Below, piece after piece: positions 53,904 to 61,109 of a stretch of 64,000 bases of DNA. Where the stretch lies: the IMG/VR virus record IMGVR_UViG_3300050343_000261; one strand, given 5' to 3'. The notes under the pieces were generated by a model. The model did not search any database. It saw only the letters and a program-made list of their open reading frames with translations, and was not told the DNA's origin. Source of the stretch: a virus. Position 1 is the stretch's first letter. Every line of letters starts with the position of its first letter. Position numbers and translations under genes: made by a program.

Positions 53904-54916
53904 TATTATGTCTAACTCAACTTGCGACTGCCCCTGCCACACTGGCGGCAGATGTCGGGGGTGTAAGTGCAACAGCATCTCCAATCGCGAATAGCTCAGG
54001 CTCAGTTACGAACCAAGCTATTCAGGTATTACAAGGTCCTTACATCACCAATCAATACGGTGGAGGTATTGCATGTCAAGGACCTACTGCTAACATTACA
54101 CCCTTTATTACTCATGCTCGTAATACAAAGGATCCATTTGAGACACACTACATGGAACCTCAGTATGACAACAGAGATTTTGAAGGACAACTAGTAGAAG
54201 TTACAAAAAATGTGAAGAACTGGCCATGGGAATCTTGGTATGATGATAGATCATATACCAACTCAGAGGGTGATGAGGTTCGTGCCTATGAAGATGGTGC
54301 AGATATGCCTATCACTGTTATGGAGATGCAGGGAGATGGGGTGCCAGATAGTCCTGGATCAGAACTTTGGCAGAAACCCATAAGAACTGGTGACACTAGA
54401 AACTACAGCACAAGTCTTGGTTTATCTGCAACGATCTCTTTCCCACTTGATGGTGGACTACAAGAGCGTTGTAAGCAAGCAGCAGATACTCAAATCCAAA
54501 TGCAGCAACAGTTGATTGCTAACAAACGTTTGGACTTTGAGATTGCGAGATTGAAAAATTGCGGAGAATTGAAAAAAGCTGGAATTTATTTCAGACCCGG
54601 TTCATATTATGCTTCCATCTGTGCAGATGTGGTAGTAGATAATGTTGATGTTATCAGACCACACCGACATAAAATTCCACAACCTATCTCTTCCTTTGGC
54701 GGAGGGCAGACTTCAACGTCCGAATCGCCTGGTTCCGTTCCCGTTGCTCGTCCCTCCTCGCAGACAAAGATAGTACCGGGATCTCCTTCTTCCGTATTGC
54801 AGCAATCTTCTTCACCACTTTCTTCGTCACAGGTTTCACCACTTTCAAAAGAAGATCAGCGAGAGGTTTTGCGAGCAGTGCAGAAGTCGTCGCAACTACA
54901 GCGATTGCGGCGGTAG
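53609..54916 (+). CDS. Secreted-type hypothetical protein; true start unresolved (probably near 53880)
   Basis: Signal-like KYLYPVVLCLTQLATAPATLAA then GGVSATASPIANSSGSVTNQAIQ...CQGPT; RLDFEIARLKNCGEL. Confidence 0.65.
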   Translation: MGILSNGNKRGQRRTISNSTCKYINSNSDPHGGSRRTSNIDPVCVEFQQQSSIQNNKSRRSVSVHSDISRTRNLKSNCDPKGHGGHQRNRHHKYLYPVVLCLTQLATAPATLAADVGGVSATASPIANSSGSVTNQAIQVLQGPYITNQYGGGIACQGPTANITPFITHARNTKDPFETHYMEPQYDNRDFEGQLVEVTKNVKNWPWESWYDDRSYTNSEGDEVRAYEDGADMPITVMEMQGDGVPDSPGSELWQKPIRTGDTRNYSTSLGLSATISFPLDGGLQERCKQAADTQIQMQQQLIANKRLDFEIARLKNCGELKKAGIYFRPGSYYASICADVVVDNVDVIRPHRHKIPQPISSFGGGQTSTSESPGSVPVARPSSQTKIVPGSPSSVLQQSSSPLSSSQVSPLSKEDQREVLRAVQKSSQLQRLRR

Positions 54917-55454
54917 TAGTTACTAGTGGTAGTGGTGGGAGATACTGCTCAGTCCATGGTATCTGTTGTTCTTCAGGAACCTCAACCACTATCCTTTCAC
55001 AAACTCGTTTTGCCTCATTATATTTTTCACCCTCCTTACATGAGGGTCTTTTTGGTATGGCAGGTTGTGCAGGTGTCTTCTGCTCCTCCGGGTTTTTAGA
55101 TGGAGGAATAATAGGTGGTGGTGGTGACTTTTGTGTGATATCTAAATTGTCTTTATCATAATCAATAGGACTGAATGAAGGTGTTCCAGCGTCACAGTAG
55201 GCAACTGTGCCTTCTCTATCCTCATTTTTTAGATTTTGATTTTCACTACTATCTCTGTGTGCCTCGACACATCCAGGAATATTGACAATAGGAGTCCCCA
55301 CCTGTGTAGTGACTGGTGGATAGATTGGAATTGCTTGTGGACTAGACTGTACCCAGTCAGGGATGGTCCGAATCCCCGTGTCCCTGATGTTCAGTTCCCC
55401 GATCTGTAGACGTTTGATTCCCACTGGATTGATATTGATCCCCGGAATCTCCAC
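54684..55454 (-). CDS. Conserved cyanophage membrane protein
   Basis: PVTTQVGTPIVNIPGCVEAH; CDAGTPSFSPIDY; C-terminal TM segment and basic tail. Confidence 0.65.
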   Translation of the reverse strand: MEIPGININPVGIKRLQIGELNIRDTGIRTIPDWVQSSPQAIPIYPPVTTQVGTPIVNIPGCVEAHRDSSENQNLKNEDREGTVAYCDAGTPSFSPIDYDKDNLDITQKSPPPPIIPPSKNPEEQKTPAQPAIPKRPSCKEGEKYNEAKRVCERIVVEVPEEQQIPWTEQYLPPLPLVTTTAAIAVVATTSALLAKPLADLLLKVVKPVTKKVVKKIAAIRKKEIPVLSLSARRDEQRERNQAIRTLKSALRQRKR

Positions 55455-55584
55455 TTTCCCTCTGATCAATGCCTAGTATGTATAAGATGACATAAAATGC
55501 CATAGCAAGAGCAAGTATCACCATAATGATCACTGACCATACAGGATCACTTGCATTATCAAGAGGACGTAATAACAGATTCAT
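55357..55584 (-). CDS. Small membrane protein
   Basis: NLLLRPLDNASDPVWSVII..TM segment. Confidence 0.6.
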   Translation of the reverse strand: MNLLLRPLDNASDPVWSVIIMVILALAMAFYVILYILGIDQRESGDSGDQYQSSGNQTSTDRGTEHQGHGDSDHP

Positions 55585-55742
55585 TTATGAAATGGTGCCC
55601 AGTGTTGCCACCCATATTTGTGAACGAAATGCATACCAATAATAGGAACAAAAACTAATGCAAGACTAAGTGTTCCAATTCCAAAAGGATTATTGAGTGT
55701 GGCAGCAGCAATGTGTGCTGCCTTGAGTGCGATGTGGGTCAT
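55581..55742 (-). CDS. Small membrane protein
   Basis: LNNPFGIGTLSLALVFVPIIGM..VHKYGWQHWAPF. Confidence 0.6.
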   Translation of the reverse strand: MTHIALKAAHIAAATLNNPFGIGTLSLALVFVPIIGMHFVHKYGWQHWAPFHK

Positions 55743-55945
55743 AGGTGTCCTCCCCAGATTTCCCAATGATCTCTAAAATAGAAATCAACTTTCGTAAGAC
55801 CACCTGAAGGTGCAACTTCTCCAGACAGTGCCCAATAGCGACAAAATTTATGTATAGAATCATCGGATTGAGTATACCTAATTCCAAACATCCTGGCAAA
55901 CGATGACATTGCAAAGTTATATGCCTGAGTTTCAGCAGGGTTCAT
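55739..55945 (-). CDS. Hypothetical protein
   Basis: FAMSSFARMFG...KFCRYW; overlapping start/stop junctions on both sides. Confidence 0.55.
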   Translation of the reverse strand: MNPAETQAYNFAMSSFARMFGIRYTQSDDSIHKFCRYWALSGEVAPSGGLTKVDFYFRDHWEIWGGHL

Positions 55946-56397
55946 GCAGATAACGATTCAAAAATTTTCTGGCAAGTAGCAACGGCATAAGTTGCACCAT
56001 ACACTCCACCAAAAAGATAAGAGACACCTAACTTAGAACAATATTTTTCTAGTTCAATGCATTTATCTACGTTATCACTACTGTAATCAATAATGATATC
56101 ACCTTCCTCAAGTAATGGCAGCAACTCATCAAGTGTTTCGTCTACCTTCTCTTCAGGAATTGCTAGTTGAAATATACCAGGAACTTTTCCTACACGTACA
56201 TGTTTATTGGTATCGTTCTTTACTCTATCAACCAGAATTTTCAATGAAGTGGTAACACCACTTACATATCCAGTATCATATTGCTCAGAGGATTTTGTAT
56301 AGTCTTTACTATACCCCCAAACTTCAATATCTGCTTTGAGCATACGGCGAGACATTCCCTCACCTCTACGCCCCAGACCAATCATTCCAACTTTCAT
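55942..56397 (-). CDS. Truncated 6-phosphogluconate dehydrogenase-like NAD(P)-binding domain
   Basis: KVGMIGLGRRGEGMSRRM; PGIFQL; LPLLEEGDIIID; AVATC..IF; only 151 aa. Confidence 0.75.
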   Translation of the reverse strand: MKVGMIGLGRRGEGMSRRMLKADIEVWGYSKDYTKSSEQYDTGYVSGVTTSLKILVDRVKNDTNKHVRVGKVPGIFQLAIPEEKVDETLDELLPLLEEGDIIIDYSSDNVDKCIELEKYCSKLGVSYLFGGVYGATYAVATCQKIFESLSA

Positions 56398-56549
56398 TTG
56401 AGTTTCTCAATAATACGAAGCATCCCATCAGCATAACCGATAAGTGCTACTGAACCAAGTACGATACTAATAGCAGAAGCATTACGATTATGCTTTGCCA
56501 TGGCAGCATCAATCATTTTCTGCACTTCTTCCTTAGTGTGCGGTTCCAT
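56394..56549 (-). CDS. Small membrane hypothetical protein
   Basis: Hand-translated: MEPHTKEEVQKMIDAAMAKHNRNASAISIVLG... (51 aa). Confidence 0.55.
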   Translation of the reverse strand: MEPHTKEEVQKMIDAAMAKHNRNASAISIVLGSVALIGYADGMLRIIEKLK

Positions 56550-56664
56550 TACCATCGTACTTATCACTCTCATAATAAAAGTTCTCGCCCCTATAAAGTC
56601 CGAAAGCTATAGTGGCGAGCACAAATGGAATTGATACCCACAACAAAACATCAGCAAGGTTCAT
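56533..56664 (-). CDS. Small membrane hypothetical protein
   Basis: Hand-translated: MNLADVLLWVSIPFVLATIAFGLYRGENFYYESDKYDGNGTAH (43 aa). Confidence 0.6.
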   Translation of the reverse strand: MNLADVLLWVSIPFVLATIAFGLYRGENFYYESDKYDGNGTAH

Positions 56665-57146
56665 GACTTTTTAGGAGGTACCACTGGAGGAGCACCGTCT
56701 TCGGACACAGTAGGAGGTTGTGTTCCAATTGTCAACGGTTGTTGTTCAATCCGAATTGTTTGTGCAGGAGCAGTACGTGCTGCTGCATCAATAAGACGTT
56801 CCATATCTGCCTTACTGATACCAGCACTACCGTTGGCACCGTTTGCTTTTTTACCTGCCTGAACCCCGAAGGTAGCTAAAACCCCAGTAAAGACACTGGC
56901 GATGAAAGTTGGATCGAGTTTCTGTTCTGGAATACCTAGTGCAGGAGGTAGTTTGATGTAGGCAAGAGTAAGAATTCCTCCAGACCAAATAAGAATACCA
57001 AGACGAACGAGTGTGGACAACGCCAGCATTCGATCTTCTTGGTCTTCCTTGACTTCTTCTTTATTTTTCTTTGGTTTACCCAACCAATTCTTATCTACTT
57101 TCGCCTCTTCTACCTTCTTATCCTCAGTCTTAGGTTTACCGTCCAT
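56661..57146 (-). CDS. Conserved cyanophage two-TM protein
   Basis: LSTLVRLGILIWSGGILTLAYI; DPTFIASVFTGVLATFGVQ. Confidence 0.7.
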   Translation of the reverse strand: MDGKPKTEDKKVEEAKVDKNWLGKPKKNKEEVKEDQEDRMLALSTLVRLGILIWSGGILTLAYIKLPPALGIPEQKLDPTFIASVFTGVLATFGVQAGKKANGANGSAGISKADMERLIDAAARTAPAQTIRIEQQPLTIGTQPPTVSEDGAPPVVPPKKS

Positions 57147-57170
57147 ACGCCAGAAAGACACTGGCATTAT

Positions 57171-57377
57171 TTAGAATGGAAGAACGCCTCCAGTGGTCGC
57201 AGGTACAGAAGGAACATCCATTTGACCTACAATTGCATCTTCAATTCCTTTGGTGACCTGCTCTTTGATGTTGTTTGTGATATTGTCTTTGTTTACATAC
57301 ACATAACCAGCGGTGCTGACAACAGCAAGACTAGTTGCAAATGAAAAAATCGACATGATGCTAATGATTTTCTGCAT
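57171..57377 (-). CDS. Small membrane hypothetical protein
   Basis: MQKIISIMS..TM..GYVYVNKD...GGVLPF. Confidence 0.6.
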   Translation of the reverse strand: MQKIISIMSIFSFATSLAVVSTAGYVYVNKDNITNNIKEQVTKGIEDAIVGQMDVPSVPATTGGVLPF

Positions 57378-57597
57378 GTTCCTCAATAGGGGTTAGTGTG
57401 TACAAAGTTTCGGCACAATCACGGATGAAGTCTTGGAATCTTTGCTCGACTCCAGTAGTTGTTTTATTACCTTGACTCACCCAGTCATGACAAAACTCAT
57501 AGACGAGTCTACAATGATCATTTAGGTGATGAGATAACGCACGAAATACTTCAGCACGAAGTAGCATTCGTTCCTCAGAATACCTCCAATCATTCAT
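57361..57597 (-). CDS. Conserved cyanophage hypothetical protein
   Basis: DWRYSEERM.LR; VYEFCHDWVSQG. Confidence 0.65.
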   Translation of the reverse strand: MNDWRYSEERMLLRAEVFRALSHHLNDHCRLVYEFCHDWVSQGNKTTTGVEQRFQDFIRDCAETLYTLTPIEEHAENH

Positions 57598-57928
57598 GTC
57601 GGTTGGATCTAATAAAGCTTTCCGCATCGAGTACAGCGAGTGGTTTCCTGCCATTCTTTTTTATAAAGAGAATTGGTTCGTAATCACCAGAGTTAGCACA
57701 TGCCTGGTCATACGCATCCCAGACGTTTAGTTTTTCTGTGTTCTTACATTCTACTGAGAAAGGAAACTTTTGTCTAGCTGCACGTGCCATGATGATGTCT
57801 TCACCACCCGCACCCATAGATCTAGATTCAACATCCTCAGGATGTACTTCTAACATCTCGATGAGCATGTCTCTCACCCACTGTTGTAGTCTCCTACCCT
57901 TTGCCTTAGCAGACTGAACCCTCATCAC
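57590..57928 (-). CDS. PD-(D/E)XK endonuclease (Holliday junction resolvase-like)
   Basis: SAKAKGRRLQQWV; SMGAGGED; SVECKN. Confidence 0.75.
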   Translation of the reverse strand: MMRVQSAKAKGRRLQQWVRDMLIEMLEVHPEDVESRSMGAGGEDIIMARAARQKFPFSVECKNTEKLNVWDAYDQACANSGDYEPILFIKKNGRKPLAVLDAESFIRSNRHE

Positions 57929-58598
57929 TTAGTCGCTCACTTACTATATCTATAACGTATTTTGCTATCGTCTTATGTCCTTCTACAGAAGGATGCCCAT
58001 CGTCGGGTATTTTATCATATACCAATAGTTCTGGTGGCATAGGTTTATCCTTAGGCCAGTCCCTTTTGCCTATGTGATACAGATCATACTTATTATCAGT
58101 GCATTGAAAAGGTACCAACGTACTAAAGAAAGATCTTCTTGCTCGACCCACAGATGCAACGTATGCTTTCATTGCATTGTATACAATAGTTTCTTTAGTT
58201 TTTCCATAATGATCATTATAGACTCTACTAAATCCAAACTCCATCCACTGTATAAACTTTGCTCCTTCTATAGGTCCCCACCGAGATATACATTTCTCCT
58301 TCATACCCTTCCCAAAACTATATCTTGTCCACCCCTGCGTTTTAGGATCAAAAAACTCACCTCTAGTAGGAATAGTGGTTTGCAGAAAATAAAAATCATA
58401 AACCTCACTAGTAGGTTTACTGAAAATGTGCCTTATAACTGCATCGTTACTAGAACCACAAGAAGATAAGTTTATTTCTTCAGCACCAAAGTGATCACAT
58501 ACTAACTTAGACCACCTTACATCTTCTGGATCTATACCTAATACTTTTTTGAGGCCCCCACCATATGTAAATGAATCACCGTCAAAATAAAACTTCAA
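57906..58598 (-). CDS. SGNH-hydrolase-like protein, tandem copy 2
   Basis: DGDSFTYGG; WSKLV; NLS..GSSND; DDGHPSVEGH. Confidence 0.8.
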   Translation of the reverse strand: MKFYFDGDSFTYGGGLKKVLGIDPEDVRWSKLVCDHFGAEEINLSSCGSSNDAVIRHIFSKPTSEVYDFYFLQTTIPTRGEFFDPKTQGWTRYSFGKGMKEKCISRWGPIEGAKFIQWMEFGFSRVYNDHYGKTKETIVYNAMKAYVASVGRARRSFFSTLVPFQCTDNKYDLYHIGKRDWPKDKPMPPELLVYDKIPDDGHPSVEGHKTIAKYVIDIVSERLSDEGSVC

Positions 58599-59326
58599 TC
58601 TTTGATTCTTTCAGTTACTATATCTATAACGTATTTTGCTATTGTCTTATGCCCTTCTACAGAAGGGTGTCCATCGTTGGGTATTTTATCATATACCAAT
58701 AGTTCTGGTGGTACAACTTTATGCTTAGGCCAGTTGTGTATTTTGTTTATGTGATACAGATCATACTTATTATCAGTACATGGTTTTTCTTTTTCAAAAC
58801 GCACTAACGTACTAAAGAAAGATCTTCTTGCTCGACCTATAGATGCAACGTAAGCCTTCAATGCATTGTATGTAATAGTTTCTTTAGTCCTCCCATAATG
58901 TTCATTATGGACTCTACTAAATCCAAACCGCATCCACTGTATAAACTTTGGTCCTTCTATAGGTCCCCATCGTTCCATACATCTGGTTTCTACATCCTCA
59001 TTCAGACCATATTTTATCCACCCCTCGTTGCCGGTTTCTGCCCCGGTTACTGGGTATTCCCATCTATGTTTTCTAGGGTCAAAAATCTCACCTCTACTAG
59101 GAATAGTGGTTTGAAAAAAATAAAAGTCATGAACCTCAGTAGTGGGTTGACCGAACGTATGCCTCATAACTGCATCGTTACTAGCACCACCAGTAGATAA
59201 GTTTATTTCTTCAGCACCAAAGTGATCACATACTAACTTAGACCACCTAACTTCTTCTGCAACTGCACCTACCTTGTCTAGACTACCACCATAAGTGAAA
59301 GAGTCCCCATCAAAATAAAATTTCAT
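58595..59326 (-). CDS. SGNH-hydrolase-like protein, tandem copy 1
   Basis: DGDSFTYGG; GASND; NDGHPSVEGH; start placed at MKFYFD. Confidence 0.8.
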   Translation of the reverse strand: MKFYFDGDSFTYGGSLDKVGAVAEEVRWSKLVCDHFGAEEINLSTGGASNDAVMRHTFGQPTTEVHDFYFFQTTIPSRGEIFDPRKHRWEYPVTGAETGNEGWIKYGLNEDVETRCMERWGPIEGPKFIQWMRFGFSRVHNEHYGRTKETITYNALKAYVASIGRARRSFFSTLVRFEKEKPCTDNKYDLYHINKIHNWPKHKVVPPELLVYDKIPNDGHPSVEGHKTIAKYVIDIVTERIKD

Positions 59327-59790
59327 TCTAATTCTAGGAAGTGTGATATAGCATATGTAGCTTTTGCCTGATAGTATGTAATATTTTTTTCTCGGACCCA
59401 ACCTATAGAATCATAATCAATAACCTTTGGGACACCATGCTGGTTTACTAAAACATTCCCAGGGTGCATATCAACATAAGACAATCTATAAGTCACTCCA
59501 TCCTGAACTAAGGTTCTTTTACTAAATTCATAGTAAAGATTATGCATATCATTCATAAACTTATATGCCCACTCAGGTGATCGATTATCCCACCACCATT
59601 CACCTAGAGTTTTACCACTCCAATTCTTAGCAACATAATGATCATTAGAGTAAGCGTATAGTTCCAACAATAGTGGACTGTCTATGTCATTCAGCATCTC
59701 AAATGCTTCTTTATGACATGTAGCGAGATCTAGGGACCAATAACCTTGAACTCTTTTATAAAAGTTAGTTGTTAGTTGCACCCGTTTCAT
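59323..59790 (-). CDS. Minimal protein-kinase-like / phosphotransferase domain
   Basis: YVDMHPGNVL (catalytic loop) and VIDYD (Mg-binding). Confidence 0.7.
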   Translation of the reverse strand: MKRVQLTTNFYKRVQGYWSLDLATCHKEAFEMLNDIDSPLLLELYAYSNDHYVAKNWSGKTLGEWWWDNRSPEWAYKFMNDMHNLYYEFSKRTLVQDGVTYRLSYVDMHPGNVLVNQHGVPKVIDYDSIGWVREKNITYYQAKATYAISHFLELE

Positions 59791-59899
59791 CTTTCAATTC
59801 CTCATAATTTTTATACATTGCTTGAAGTCTCCACGCAGATGCGAGACTGTCTGGTCCATTCTTGAGGAGTTCCATTTCCCTCAAAGACAGTCTCTTCAT
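59765..59899 (-). CDS. Small hypothetical protein
   Basis: MKRLSLREMELLKNGPDSLASAWRLQAM... Confidence 0.5.
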   Translation of the reverse strand: MKRLSLREMELLKNGPDSLASAWRLQAMYKNYEELKDETGATNN

Positions 59900-59921
59900 C
59901 TTCGGATATTCTTTTCTCCAA

Positions 59922-61109
59922 TTAGAGTTGGAATCCACTGAACGAATCCTTCTGAACATCCTGCTTGATACCACCAACAACATAGGACTCCACCTCCGTC
60001 TCCTGTGGGGCGACCTGAAGACCCTTAGAAGAGATCCAGTGCTCAGTCCAAGGAAGAGGATTAGAATGGATTGGAGCGTCGTATAGGGGTTTCAAACCGA
60101 TCGCACGCATACGCTTATTAGCGATCCACTCCACATACTTGACGAGGAGTTTGTCGTTGAGACCAATCATGCTGCCATCCTTGAACAGATACTGTGCCCA
60201 CTCCTTCTCCTCTGCCACTGCATTGGCAAACATATCAATGACAGTTTGCTCTTCTTCCTTGATGATCTGCACGATCTCAGGATCATCACCCTTCTGCCAT
60301 GCCTTGATAATTTGTTGAGTCAACACAGTGTGCTGGTTCTCATCTCGTGCAATCAAAGAAATAATCTTGGCAGATCCTTCCATCAGTTTCAGTTCACCAA
60401 AGGCAAACGAACAAGCAAAAGACACATAGAAACGAATACCCTCAAGGATATTGACGTTTTGTATTGCCAGATACAAGCGACGCTTCAGTTCCTTACGGGT
60501 GTAGACGGCAGTAGGTGAATCAGCATAGTCTGCTGTCCACATGTTACCAGCACCCCACTCATTTGCTACTTCTAAGAAGTCATCATATGCTTTGGTGACA
60601 CTCTTAGCACGTGCCAGGATACGTTCATCATCCAGGATGGTATCGAAGACCTCAGCAGGATCTGGATAGATGTTCTTGATGATGTAAGTGTAAGAACGTG
60701 AGTGGATCATCTCCATGAACTGCCACACATTCATAGCACCTTCCAACTCAGGAAGAGCACAGTATGGAGAGAATGCCATACCAGGACCACGACCCTGCAC
60801 AGAGTCCAGAAGAATCTGATACTTCAGGTTAGATGTGAAGATGTGCTTCTGCTCAGGACGCAGAGTCTTATAGTCTCCACGGTCCTTCTGAAGAGACACT
60901 TCTTCAGGACGCCAGAAGTATCCAAGCATCTGATTAGTCAGTTTTTCAAAGACCGGATACTTGTATGAGTCGTATCGTTGAACACCCAGAGGTGCCCCAA
61001 AAAACATTGGTTGAGTCTTAGTGTCCACGTGAGTATCATTGAACACAGTCATGCCTTTGACAGACATACTCTTGTCGGCGGAAGTTTTTCTAAATTGCAC
61101 AGGATTCAC
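59922..61109 (-). CDS. nrdB: Ribonucleotide reductase class Ia, beta subunit
   Basis: FWRPEEVSL; DSVQGR; EMIHSRSY; EGIRFY; RDENQH; VAPQETE. Confidence 0.97.
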   Translation of the reverse strand: MNPVQFRKTSADKSMSVKGMTVFNDTHVDTKTQPMFFGAPLGVQRYDSYKYPVFEKLTNQMLGYFWRPEEVSLQKDRGDYKTLRPEQKHIFTSNLKYQILLDSVQGRGPGMAFSPYCALPELEGAMNVWQFMEMIHSRSYTYIIKNIYPDPAEVFDTILDDERILARAKSVTKAYDDFLEVANEWGAGNMWTADYADSPTAVYTRKELKRRLYLAIQNVNILEGIRFYVSFACSFAFGELKLMEGSAKIISLIARDENQHTVLTQQIIKAWQKGDDPEIVQIIKEEEQTVIDMFANAVAEEKEWAQYLFKDGSMIGLNDKLLVKYVEWIANKRMRAIGLKPLYDAPIHSNPLPWTEHWISSKGLQVAPQETEVESYVVGGIKQDVQKDSFSGFQL

